Source: Rhodobacter capsulatus SB 1003 (GTDB lineage Bacteria > Pseudomonadota > Alphaproteobacteria > Rhodobacterales > Rhodobacteraceae). Taken from it: a stretch of 32,000 bases of DNA. Position numbers and translations under genes: made by a program. Location: positions 1,050,001-1,082,000 of the forward strand of contig NC_014034.1 of NCBI RefSeq assembly GCF_000021865.1, read 5' to 3'. This document shows positions 24,201-31,942 of this stretch, one piece after another. How positions within the stretch are numbered: position 1 is the first letter of the stretch; the number at the start of each line of letters is the position of its first letter. The notes under the pieces are model-generated. The model was not told the origin of the DNA, ran no database searches, and was given only the letters and a program-made list of their open reading frames with translations.

Positions 24201-24295
24201 GCGCTTGGTGAAATGGCGCTCGGCCGCAGAGATGGCTTGATCGGTGATCCGCTCGACCGGCCCGCCCGGCTCAGCGAAGCAGACGTGCCGATGCG

Positions 24296-25672
24296 TCAGG
24301 CTTTTTTTTTGAGCCAGGATGCCGCGAAGGTCGGATCGTCTGTGACGAAGGGATCGGGCGCGGCGGGCGCGGTTCCGAAGGTGCGCCGGGCCTCGACCAG
24401 GGCATCGATCGTCTTGTCGCTCAGGCTCTGGGTGATGTCGAACGACAGGATGTATTCCCGGGCCACGTCGTCATCTTCGAACCGAGCGGCCTCGGAAACG
24501 ACGGTGCGGATCGCCCTGGCGGTCGCCTCGCTCGCCTCTGCCTGGCTCTTTTTCGTCGCAGCCTCGGCTTGCGCGTTCTTCGGCCGTTCGCGCCAGATCT
24601 TCGGCACGGCGGCCCCGGGAAGGTTGTAATCGACAATCCACTGCAGGAGCTGCTCGGTCAGCGTGCCCGAAAGCAGATCGCCGTCACCGTCGGCCAGCAT
24701 ATCCAGCATTTCCATATGCACTTCGCCAAGCGCGCGGTTGCCGCCGGACTCGCCTACCTGCGTCGTCAGCGTCTCGCCGGTGGTGGCGATCGAGATCTGC
24801 CGGTCCCAGTAGTTCAGGAACTGCTCATAGGTCACGCTGCCCGAGCGGCTCGCCTCCAGAAACTCGGCATCGGTGCCCATCGGCACGACAATGGCCGACG
24901 AGGTGACGGCGCCCTGCAGCGTGGTCAGCAGCTTGCGCTGCTCCTCGGGCAGCGATCCGATCGGGCTTTTGCCCACGATCGTCGGCCCGGCGAACTTTTC
25001 GAGGAAGTGCAGCCAGAAGGTGATGCCCTCACGCTTGAAGAGCACCGGCCAGAACAGACGGCTGCCCAGCCCCAACCCATAGGGGTTTTCGCCCTTCACA
25101 CCGACGCGGTGCACAATGAACTTCCGCTCGGGCAGCTCGATCCCTTCCGACATCGCCGTCCAGGTCAGCAGCCGCGGCCGCCATTCGGTGTCGAAGACAA
25201 AGCGGCGCTGGTCGATCGACTTGATCTTCACCGGCTTGATCCGGGCGCCGTCGCGGCCCCAGACCACTTCGCTCACCGCATAGCCCTTCAGGGTTGCGTC
25301 GAGCAGGCCCTTGCAGACCTGGTCAAAGGGCAACGCCCCGATCATTTCGCGGACCAGCTCGGCCGCGGCCTTGTCGATCGGGCGGTCGCCCCCGGCCTCG
25401 ACCTTCCACTCGCGCGAGATCAGCGCCCCCTTGCGCTTTTCGAGCATGGCCCCGGCATGGGTGTCGCGCTCGATCTCGTCATAGATCTTCAGCCCCTTGC
25501 CGCCGCCCTGGCTCAGCAGCGTGTCGTCAGAATTCTGCAGCACCCCGCTGAAAAACGGGATGGTGATGTCGTTCCGGGCATTGGCGATCAGCGCCGTGGC
25601 CGCAGCGGGCAGGTTCTTGCGGGGCTGCTCGGCGAAAGCGGTCGGGCGAGGCTTGCGGTGACGGCGGCTCAC
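24296..25672 (-). CDS. Portal protein (DUF935, Mu gp29-like)
   Basis: 458 aa, positioned between the terminase block and MuF. ATGA overlap with the upstream ORF. It ends ...SWLKKKA, encoded by an A9 run. Confidence 0.8.
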   Translation of the reverse strand: MSRRHRKPRPTAFAEQPRKNLPAAATALIANARNDITIPFFSGVLQNSDDTLLSQGGGKGLKIYDEIERDTHAGAMLEKRKGALISREWKVEAGGDRPIDKAAAELVREMIGALPFDQVCKGLLDATLKGYAVSEVVWGRDGARIKPVKIKSIDQRRFVFDTEWRPRLLTWTAMSEGIELPERKFIVHRVGVKGENPYGLGLGSRLFWPVLFKREGITFWLHFLEKFAGPTIVGKSPIGSLPEEQRKLLTTLQGAVTSSAIVVPMGTDAEFLEASRSGSVTYEQFLNYWDRQISIATTGETLTTQVGESGGNRALGEVHMEMLDMLADGDGDLLSGTLTEQLLQWIVDYNLPGAAVPKIWRERPKNAQAEAATKKSQAEASEATARAIRTVVSEAARFEDDDVAREYILSFDITQSLSDKTIDALVEARRTFGTAPAAPDPFVTDDPTFAASWLKKKA

Positions 25673-25893
25673 GGGGCATCCCCTTTTTCCATGGCGGCGA
25701 GGATCTCGCGCTCGACTTTATGGGCGTCAGGGCCGTTCAAATACCACGGTTGATGCTTGACCCTGTGAACCTTGCCATCCCACATGGTGATGATCAGGAC
25801 GCTGTCGCTCCCGTTCATGTAGTGCCGATGGTCCCACTCCATCGAGGCGACGAAGGCGGGGTTGATATGCCGGTCTTGGTCGATGCGGATCAT
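25669..25893 (-). CDS. Hypothetical protein (74 aa)
   Basis: ATGA overlaps at both ends, high GC3, and no recognisable domain. Confidence 0.55.
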   Translation of the reverse strand: MIRIDQDRHINPAFVASMEWDHRHYMNGSDSVLIITMWDGKVHRVKHQPWYLNGPDAHKVEREILAAMEKGDAP

Positions 25894-26228
25894 TCAGCAT
25901 CCTTCCAATCGGGCAGATCGACGGTCTGACCGGCAAGTGAGTGCGTGCAGTCGCCCAGGAACTGGATGCACCCATCGGTGATGAAAGAATGGCAGACGCG
26001 CTTGATGTCCTTCGATGTGTCGTCAAATTCCTCCGGCACATCGCTCGGATCACTCCACGTCACAAGGATTGATGGCGTAAACGTCGGCGCGTCGCCGCTG
26101 CCATTCCAGCCCCAGCGCGGCCCGGCGCCCTCGCCAACCGTGACCATGTGCGGCTCGCCGCAACCCGGGCAGCGAAACATGAGGCCTCCGCCTTCAAGTG
26201 TCCGCAATTTTGAACCGAGCGCGCCCAT
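25890..26228 (-). CDS. Zinc-ribbon protein, DUF6527-like
   Basis: I chose the start ATG 26228 (TGATG overlap). FRCPGCGEPHMV ... WGWNGSGDAPTFTPSI ... CHSFITDGCIQFLGDCTHSLAG supplies Cys/His ligands in the DUF6527 pattern. Confidence 0.6.
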   Translation of the reverse strand: MGALGSKLRTLEGGGLMFRCPGCGEPHMVTVGEGAGPRWGWNGSGDAPTFTPSILVTWSDPSDVPEEFDDTSKDIKRVCHSFITDGCIQFLGDCTHSLAGQTVDLPDWKDAE

Positions 26229-26377
26229 CACCCTCTCCGTTTCCAGAGGCGTGCTTGTTGCACAACATGCGCTCCAAGCCGATCGAGCGCGTTGGACGCA
26301 TCCCAACCCAACCGGCCACCGATCACGAGGCCGAAGCCACAAAGCACCGAAATCACAATAAGCTCGATTGCGAACAT
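26228..26377 (-). CDS. Small membrane peptide (49 aa)
   Basis: ATG 26377 shares one nt with the TerL stop, and its own stop shares one nt with the next ATG. It has one hydrophobic helix, MFAIELIVISVLCGFGLVIGG. Confidence 0.4.
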   Translation of the reverse strand: MFAIELIVISVLCGFGLVIGGRLGWDASNALDRLGAHVVQQARLWKRRG

Positions 26378-28035
26378 CACCCTCTCCTCAGCCGATAGCC
26401 GCCCAACTTCTCGCTGCTCGAAGACGCGCCGGAGGTCAGCATCACGCCACCGCCACCGCCCTTGCCAGCGTAGAACAGGGTGTTCTGCCAAAGCATGTCG
26501 AGCGCATCCGGCCCGTCATCGTGATCGCCGTTCGGCCATTGCTGCAGCTGGTCAATCAGCGTGCGATGCGCGGTGCTGAACCGGATCAGCCCCGCAGCCA
26601 CCGGCGGCTGCAGGCGCTCGATGCGCAGGTCCTTGTCGGCCGAGGGCGTGATCGGCACGGCCGAGATGCCAACGCCATCGCGGGCGGCCCGCGTCATCAG
26701 CTCGGTGCGCAGGAACTCCTGAAACTGAACCGTTTCAACGAACCACATCAGCGCCCGATATTCGCGCTGCAGGGCGATCGTGTCGGCGATGATCAGATCG
26801 GGCAGGCGCTTGCGGATCGAGGCTTCGACCACATCAAGCTTCCCGGCCAGCCGGTCGAAGCCGCCGATCAGGATTGCTGACGGGTCGCGCCCCTTGCCAG
26901 CCTTGCCAAGGCTCGGGTCGATCGCGCCGAAGAAGATCCATTCCCGCAGCGGCTGCACCCAATAGGTCAGATCGCCAAACGGGTTCCCCTCGCTGATCGG
27001 CTGGTTCTGATATTCGGTCTGGAAGGCGGCTTTGTCGGCCGCGCGCTCCAGCATCAGGAACAGCAGCGACTGCACCGAGGGCCAGTTGACCACCGCGCCC
27101 TGATCCATCTCGGCCTTGCGCGCCTCGTAAAACGCCTTGGCCGCGTCTTCGCCGTCGTTGTGATAGACCTCTTCGAACCGGTCCCACAGGTCCATCCGGT
27201 CGGGGAACTTCACCACCGCCTGGAACTCGGTCACGCGCCATCCGGGCGCCTTCGCGGCGCGCACGATAACGGCGTCGAAGTGCAACACCGTGCCGACCCA
27301 GATCACATCCATGCTGCCGTCGGGCGGGCCGACCTTCAGCGCGGCGCGATAGATCCAGTTCCAAAGCTTGGTGCGCTGCTCGGGGCTGCGCACCTGTTCG
27401 TCGTTCTCGATGTCGTCCAGGAACAGCAGATCGGGCCGATACGGGCCATGACGGCGGCCACGGATCTTCTTGGCGGCGCCCAGGCCTTCGACGCGGATGT
27501 TGTTGCGCGTGACGATCTCGCCCTCGCGCCACAGGCGCCCCTGGCCGAATGCGTCAGGAAAATCGCACTGCAGCCGGACGTTCGTCGTCAGTTCGGCCTT
27601 GATCGCCTCGATCAAAAGCGCCGCCTGTTCATAGACGTCGCAGACCTCGATGATGTAGCGCTTGAGCCCGCGCATGATGCAGTAAAGCGCGAAGCCCAGA
27701 GACAGGTGCGTCGATTTGGAGGCCCCGCGCGGCGCGACGAAGAGATCCCGCACGCCCTTTTCAGAGGCGAGGATTTCCGGCACCCGGGCGAAGATGTGCT
27801 GGTGGAACAGGCTGTGCTCGCCCTTCACATAGTGGGGCAAGTAGGTTTCCATGAAGAACTGGAAGCCGTCGGCCTCGGCCACCCGGCGCAGTCGCTCTTT
27901 TTTGGCGGCCGGATCGGGCGCGAAGGCCTCGACGCTCAGTTCGATATGGCGGGCAAATTCGCTCGCCATTTCCGCGATCTTTTCGCGGAAGTCCTTCGAG
28001 CTGACGGCGGCCTTCAGCTTCGGCCGCCGGGTCAT
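26377..28035 (-). CDS. Terminase large subunit (Mu gp28-like)
   Basis: 552 aa with a Walker A-like VAPRGASKST and an LFLDDIEND Walker B-like motif. It lies downstream of the DUF1804 small subunit with an ATGA overlap. Confidence 0.85.
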   Translation of the reverse strand: MTRRPKLKAAVSSKDFREKIAEMASEFARHIELSVEAFAPDPAAKKERLRRVAEADGFQFFMETYLPHYVKGEHSLFHQHIFARVPEILASEKGVRDLFVAPRGASKSTHLSLGFALYCIMRGLKRYIIEVCDVYEQAALLIEAIKAELTTNVRLQCDFPDAFGQGRLWREGEIVTRNNIRVEGLGAAKKIRGRRHGPYRPDLLFLDDIENDEQVRSPEQRTKLWNWIYRAALKVGPPDGSMDVIWVGTVLHFDAVIVRAAKAPGWRVTEFQAVVKFPDRMDLWDRFEEVYHNDGEDAAKAFYEARKAEMDQGAVVNWPSVQSLLFLMLERAADKAAFQTEYQNQPISEGNPFGDLTYWVQPLREWIFFGAIDPSLGKAGKGRDPSAILIGGFDRLAGKLDVVEASIRKRLPDLIIADTIALQREYRALMWFVETVQFQEFLRTELMTRAARDGVGISAVPITPSADKDLRIERLQPPVAAGLIRFSTAHRTLIDQLQQWPNGDHDDGPDALDMLWQNTLFYAGKGGGGGVMLTSGASSSSEKLGGYRLRRG

Positions 28036-28535
28036 GACGTGTAGATCTCGGCCAGCCGCTCACTGAAGGGCTCGATGATCTCGAGGATCGCGGCCGAATG
28101 GTGGGGGAAGTGCTCGCGCACGAAATCCAGCATCTCGCGCATGACATGCTGCGCCACGCCCAGTTCCGAGATCTTCGGCGCGAACTTCTTGGCGCTGGCG
28201 GCCATTTTCGTCATCGCGTCCGAAAGGGAGACGAGCATCGACACCTTTTCCTGCGTCGTATGGCTTCCGGACTTGATCTCTTCGAGGATCTCTTGCGCCT
28301 GGATCATGAAGTCTTCGACCACGGTCGAAACCACGGCCTCGACGCCTTCGCCAGCGATCACATGGGCGGTGCGGGCCTTGTCCCAGTCGTCGCCCTGTTC
28401 CTTGGCGGCTTTCTTCCAGCGCCCGACCGTCGCCTCGGAAATGCCGTAAGCGGCGGCGATGGTGGCGGCGGTAAAGCGCCGGAAGACATAGTCCGAGCGG
28501 GCCTTGCGGCGCACATCCTCGTTATTGCGCGCCAT
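28032..28535 (-). CDS. Terminase small subunit (DUF1804, Mu gp27-like)
   Basis: The N-terminal HTH reads IAAAYGISEATVGRWKKAAKEQGDDWD. Size and position fit, directly upstream of TerL. Confidence 0.7.
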   Translation of the reverse strand: MARNNEDVRRKARSDYVFRRFTAATIAAAYGISEATVGRWKKAAKEQGDDWDKARTAHVIAGEGVEAVVSTVVEDFMIQAQEILEEIKSGSHTTQEKVSMLVSLSDAMTKMAASAKKFAPKISELGVAQHVMREMLDFVREHFPHHSAAILEIIEPFSERLAEIYTS

Positions 28536-28788
28536 TGAGGCCTCCCGAGATGACGAACTTGATGACGGCGGCCAAGAGCCCGCCCAGGATCAGGGTGATG
28601 AGCCAAGTGATGCCAGACCGGATCGACTTGAGCGTTTCGGTGGTGTTCTTGCGCCATTCGGCCATGGTCGCCCCGTCGAGCTCGATCCGTTGGATCCGCT
28701 CTTCGTGCCGGTCGATGCGCTTGTGGGCGCGCTCGATCGACTCGGCGACATGCGGGGGCACGGCGGGATGGCTGGGCAGTGCGGTCAT
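28522..28788 (-). CDS. Small C-terminally anchored membrane protein in the lysis cassette (function unknown)
   Basis: ATG 28788 makes an ATGA overlap with the holin stop. A helical region is followed by the TM helix ITWLITLILGGLLAAVIKFVI. Confidence 0.55.
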   Translation of the reverse strand: MTALPSHPAVPPHVAESIERAHKRIDRHEERIQRIELDGATMAEWRKNTTETLKSIRSGITWLITLILGGLLAAVIKFVISGGLNGAQ

Positions 28789-29297
28789 TTCTGCGCCCCC
28801 GCCCATTTCGCGACCATGTCTTTGGCCGTGTGCCCGCCCATGTAAAGACCCATGTAAATCCCCGAAAGCGTCAGCAGCTGGTCAACGGACATCTGCGGCA
28901 TCGCGGTCCCGAACGCGGCGTTGACGACATGCAGCACGATCACCGACCACAGCCAGAGCGCCGCCAGCAGATACATCCCGGCCGGGCGCCAGGCGCGCAT
29001 CCAGAGCGGTTCGGAGGCCTCGGCCGCCAGCTGCGCCTTCTGCAGCTCCAGCCCCGAAGCATAAAGGGCGATCAGTTCCGGGCTGCGCTCCTCGACCGTG
29101 CGCAAAGCCTGGGTGACCACCGCGGGCTGATCCTCGGCCGCCTGGTCGAGTTGATCCACCGGCACACCGACCTGATCGGCGATCGCACCGAGAATATCAC
29201 CGGCAAGCTGACCGGCGCCGTCGCCGAATTTGCGGGCGACGATCTTTTCGACGACTTTCAGGCCGGCCGATCCGGCCAGGGCAACAAGGGCGGACAT
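28785..29297 (-). CDS. Holin, 3TM type (DUF3154, the holin family used for gene-transfer-agent release)
   Basis: ATG 29297 shares one nt with the endolysin stop. AWRPAGMYLLAALWLWSVIVLHVV and further hydrophobic helices match the DUF3154 WRP motif. Confidence 0.7.
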   Translation of the reverse strand: MSALVALAGSAGLKVVEKIVARKFGDGAGQLAGDILGAIADQVGVPVDQLDQAAEDQPAVVTQALRTVEERSPELIALYASGLELQKAQLAAEASEPLWMRAWRPAGMYLLAALWLWSVIVLHVVNAAFGTAMPQMSVDQLLTLSGIYMGLYMGGHTAKDMVAKWAGAQK

Positions 29298-30226
29298 CAG
29301 AAGCTCCTCAGGGTCGCGGCCAGGCGCGGCGCGCGGCCTTGGATTTTCGCGGCGATCACGTCGCGGTAGGCCCACGCGAGCCACAGGCCCCACAGCCCGA
29401 TCACCGCGGCCGCAGCGCCGATCGCCCAAGGCTGCGCGGCGATCCAGTCAGTGATGTCCGACATGCCGGTCGGAGCCGTGGCGCTGACGCCGGTGGCCGT
29501 GGTGCTGACACTCGCCAAGGCGACGGGCTTGGCCTTCTCGGCAGCATCGAGACGCCGTTGCAGGGTGGACAGGGTGGCCCGGCCGATCTTGCCATCGATC
29601 GTCAGACCGTGATCGGCCTGGAAGCGGCGGATCTCGGCCGCGGGAATGGCGAGGGAATCGAGCCCGACTTTGTAGCCGAGCTTTCCAAAGGCCGTCATCG
29701 CGTTCAGCTTTTCGTCGAAATTGAGCTTCAGCACCCATCTTGCAAGGCTGACCGAAGGACGGCCAATTTCCAGCAGCACCGGATATTCCGCATCGAACAG
29801 GATGCGCAGTTCCCGATCGCGCCGCTTGACCAGCCCGGGAAGCACCTTGCCGCCACCCTTGTTCCACAGGCGGAATTTCTCGGAAATCGCCGCTTTTCCG
29901 GCCTTGCGCGCCCAAAGCGGCACCCACGACGCCTTCTGGATCGCCCCGGTGTTCCAATCGAACAGAACGCCCGCGTCGAATTCGTGCTGCTTGGCCCCGG
30001 TCATCACCAGGGCGACACGGGGCTCATACTTCGCGGCCAACGCTTTCTTGGTCAGATCGCGCGATTGCTGGGCGGTGATGACCATGCCAGCCTTCGGAGT
30101 AATGACGCCCGAGGCGGCAGTCAGGCCCGGCCCGATCGTCCATTTGCCCGCGGGGCACCGATAGGCCCGCAGGACATTGCCTTCTTCGAGCTCAAGCGCC
30201 TCGACGCCTTTATCGCTGGTCTGCAT
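29297..30226 (-). CDS. Endolysin: GH24 (T4-type) lysozyme plus a peptidoglycan-binding domain plus a C-terminal hydrophobic helix
   Basis: I chose the start ATG 30226, preceded by GGAG. The catalytic pattern E-x8-C-x5-T appears in LEEGNVLRAYRCPAGKWTIGPG. A PG_binding_1-like segment reads IRRFQADHGLTIDGKIGRATL. The C-terminal helix is AIGAAAAVIGLWGLWLAWAY. Confidence 0.85.
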   Translation of the reverse strand: MQTSDKGVEALELEEGNVLRAYRCPAGKWTIGPGLTAASGVITPKAGMVITAQQSRDLTKKALAAKYEPRVALVMTGAKQHEFDAGVLFDWNTGAIQKASWVPLWARKAGKAAISEKFRLWNKGGGKVLPGLVKRRDRELRILFDAEYPVLLEIGRPSVSLARWVLKLNFDEKLNAMTAFGKLGYKVGLDSLAIPAAEIRRFQADHGLTIDGKIGRATLSTLQRRLDAAEKAKPVALASVSTTATGVSATAPTGMSDITDWIAAQPWAIGAAAAVIGLWGLWLAWAYRDVIAAKIQGRAPRLAATLRSF

Positions 30227-30269
30227 TTCTTGCTCCGCGCGTTTTCCAACCTCTGGCACGCGCGCGAAA

Positions 30270-30297
30270 GCAAAACCCCCGGACACAGGTCCGGGGG
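30270..30297 (-). promoter_or_regulatory. 28-nt palindromic element, copy 2. It abuts the stop of the Mor/C gene and ends 44 nt upstream of the endolysin ATG.
   Basis: Identical to 21849-21876. About 22 of the next 30 nt downstream on the minus strand are also shared between the two copies. Confidence 0.6.
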
Positions 30298-30666
30298 TCA
30301 GTCGTCGGGAAAGAGGGGGAGCTGATCGGGCGGCCTGTTCGCCAGCCGCCTGACATGGCGCTGTGAGATCCCGAGCGTGGCGGCGATCTCGCGCCGCCCG
30401 CGCCCGGTGTCGGCCAGCCGCTGCACATCGAGACGGCGCATCCTGCTGCGGCCGTGGGGCACATAGAGCCGCTGCCCGGACAGGAAATGGCAGAGTTGCG
30501 CCGCGACACCCTCGCCCAGGACCTTCACCAGCTCGGCCGAGGGCTTGCGGCGCGGAAACTCGACTTCCTGCCCCCCGAAATGTTGCATGAGACTGAGGGC
30601 AACGCCAAGCCCAAAGGTTTCCGCCACATCGACAAGCGACTCGGGCACGTCAGGGCTGAGGGTCAT
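30298..30666 (-). CDS. Mor/C-family transcriptional activator (Mu middle/late activator homologue)
   Basis: 122 aa. It reads ...GGQEVEFPRRK...GQRLYVPHG..., followed by the C-terminal HTH REIAATLGISQRHVRRL. It lies immediately upstream of the lysis genes, like Mu C. Confidence 0.75.
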   Translation of the reverse strand: MTLSPDVPESLVDVAETFGLGVALSLMQHFGGQEVEFPRRKPSAELVKVLGEGVAAQLCHFLSGQRLYVPHGRSRMRRLDVQRLADTGRGRREIAATLGISQRHVRRLANRPPDQLPLFPDD

Positions 30667-30714
30667 GATAATCTCCGGGGCGCGTGAGGGGAAAGCGTCA
30701 GGGGTAGGACCATT

Positions 30715-31392
30715 TTAGTCCGGTTCGTTGACAGAAAGTGAGAGGCAATTTTTCGCTCCGGCGACACCGTGCGAAAGTTCCACTCTCTCCCCGGCCGCAA
30801 GCCCCGCGAGCAGCGCCTTGCCGTTGCGCAGCTTGGCGGGCGCGGGACCCCTGACCGGCGTGCCGCCTGGAAACATCTGGTCCCGCGCCGACATGGCGAG
30901 GCTGCGCGCTTCGGACGATCTGACACCTTCAAACAGCGCCTCAAGCTTCATCTGCAGACGCCGCACCATGGCATGCGTGAAGTCCTGGACAGCGCGACGT
31001 TTGCTGTCGATCGACCGGCGGCGCTTGTAATTCTGCGAGCCCTTGTATTCGGCAATCGCACCATCAATCGCCCGGCCGAGCACGACGAAAAGATAAGCCG
31101 CAATCTCAGGGCCGGGTCCGGCTCCGACAAATGTTGCCCGACCAAACTCATAAATCAGCGCGGTGTTGGTGTTGCGGGCCAGCGTCCCCCAGAGCGGATC
31201 GCGCGCCCCGTTACCGTTCGTCTTCGACTTCGCCGAGGCCTTCCCGAACAGGACATCAGCTTCGGTCAACCCGTGTTCCTGCATCAGTTGCGCCGCTTTT
31301 TCGGCGGCGGCCATCGCTTCGGCTTCCGAACAACCGCGGGCTTTGGTCATTCCCAGAAGGGCGGCGATCCTGCGTTTAACGTCGTCGGCCAT
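30715..31392 (-). CDS. DUF2786-domain protein
   Basis: The N-terminal KRRIAALLGMTKARGCSEAEAMAAAEKAAQLMQEHGL matches the DUF2786 pattern. 225 aa. Confidence 0.65.
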   Translation of the reverse strand: MADDVKRRIAALLGMTKARGCSEAEAMAAAEKAAQLMQEHGLTEADVLFGKASAKSKTNGNGARDPLWGTLARNTNTALIYEFGRATFVGAGPGPEIAAYLFVVLGRAIDGAIAEYKGSQNYKRRRSIDSKRRAVQDFTHAMVRRLQMKLEALFEGVRSSEARSLAMSARDQMFPGGTPVRGPAPAKLRNGKALLAGLAAGERVELSHGVAGAKNCLSLSVNEPD

Positions 31393-31499
31393 CAGCGCAG
31401 CCCCCAGAACACGGCGGCGGTGACGACGATCATCGCGCCCGGGGCGGCGACGGTCAGCCAGTAATGGGCGCGCAGATAGTCAAGCACGAAGGTCATCAT
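31392..31499 (-). CDS. Possible 35-aa membrane peptide (below the ORF-track size cut-off)
   Basis: MMTFVLDYLRAHYWLTVAAPGAMIVVTAAVFWGLR. Its ATG makes an ATGA overlap with the GemA stop, and its stop makes a TGATG overlap with the DUF2786 ATG. It fills the whole gap between those genes. Confidence 0.35.
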   Translation of the reverse strand: MMTFVLDYLRAHYWLTVAAPGAMIVVTAAVFWGLR

Positions 31500-31942
31500 T
31501 TCCGATCTCCCTCTCTGGGCAATTCGGTGGGGATGTTGTGGCGTTTGCACCAGGCCTGCAGGGCCTCGATCACGGTGCTGATCTGCTTGGCGTCGGTCAT
31601 CCGGTCGATGTCGATCGGCACCGCGCCCCAGGCGGCGCCATAGCGCGACCGGATGAAGGCGTTCAGCCCCTTCGCGCCCGCCACATTCGCGACGCCCGCC
31701 TTGTGCAGCAGGCCCCAGAGGACATGGCAGTAGCGAACATCGCGGCGGGCGGCGGGGGCGCGCTTGCCGCCGGTCTTCTGGAAGCCCATGCGCTTCATCT
31801 CGTCAAGAACCGCAGTTTTCTGACGGTCCGTCATCAGCTTCAGCGAAGCCTTCCCGGTCACCCGCTCCAGCATGGCGCGGTAATCGTCCTCGGCCATGCC
31901 GATCTGGCCCTTGGCGATGTTGATCACGGTGTTCAGGTTCAT
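31496..31942 (-). CDS. gemA: GemA (Mu gp16)-family regulatory protein
   Basis: 148 aa. It reads IAKGQIGMAEDDYRAMLERVTGKASLKLMTDRQKTAVLDEMKRMGF ... LWGLLHKAG, the DUF1018/GemA pattern. Confidence 0.7.
   Translation of the reverse strand: MNLNTVINIAKGQIGMAEDDYRAMLERVTGKASLKLMTDRQKTAVLDEMKRMGFQKTGGKRAPAARRDVRYCHVLWGLLHKAGVANVAGAKGLNAFIRSRYGAAWGAVPIDIDRMTDAKQISTVIEALQAWCKRHNIPTELPREGDRK

Noticed and set aside
15776-25753. A series of long plus-strand ORFs (15776-17479, 18831-20489, 20734-21978, 22554-24629, 24569-25753) opposite the head and tail genes
   Set aside because: All are low-complexity, Arg-rich antisense frames. Each is fully covered by minus-strand genes with recognisable phage domains and consistent RBS or overlap signals.
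26834-27532. 232-aa minus-strand ORF in an alternative frame inside the large terminase gene
   Set aside because: Its composition is Arg/Gly/Pro-rich and it is fully nested in the terminase ORF in another frame, so it is a shadow frame.
28098-30325. Plus-strand ORFs opposite the terminase small subunit and lysis genes (28098-28538, 28779-29369, 29339-30325)
   Set aside because: They are antisense to genes with clear HTH, holin and lysozyme motifs, and they have a low-complexity Arg/Gly composition.
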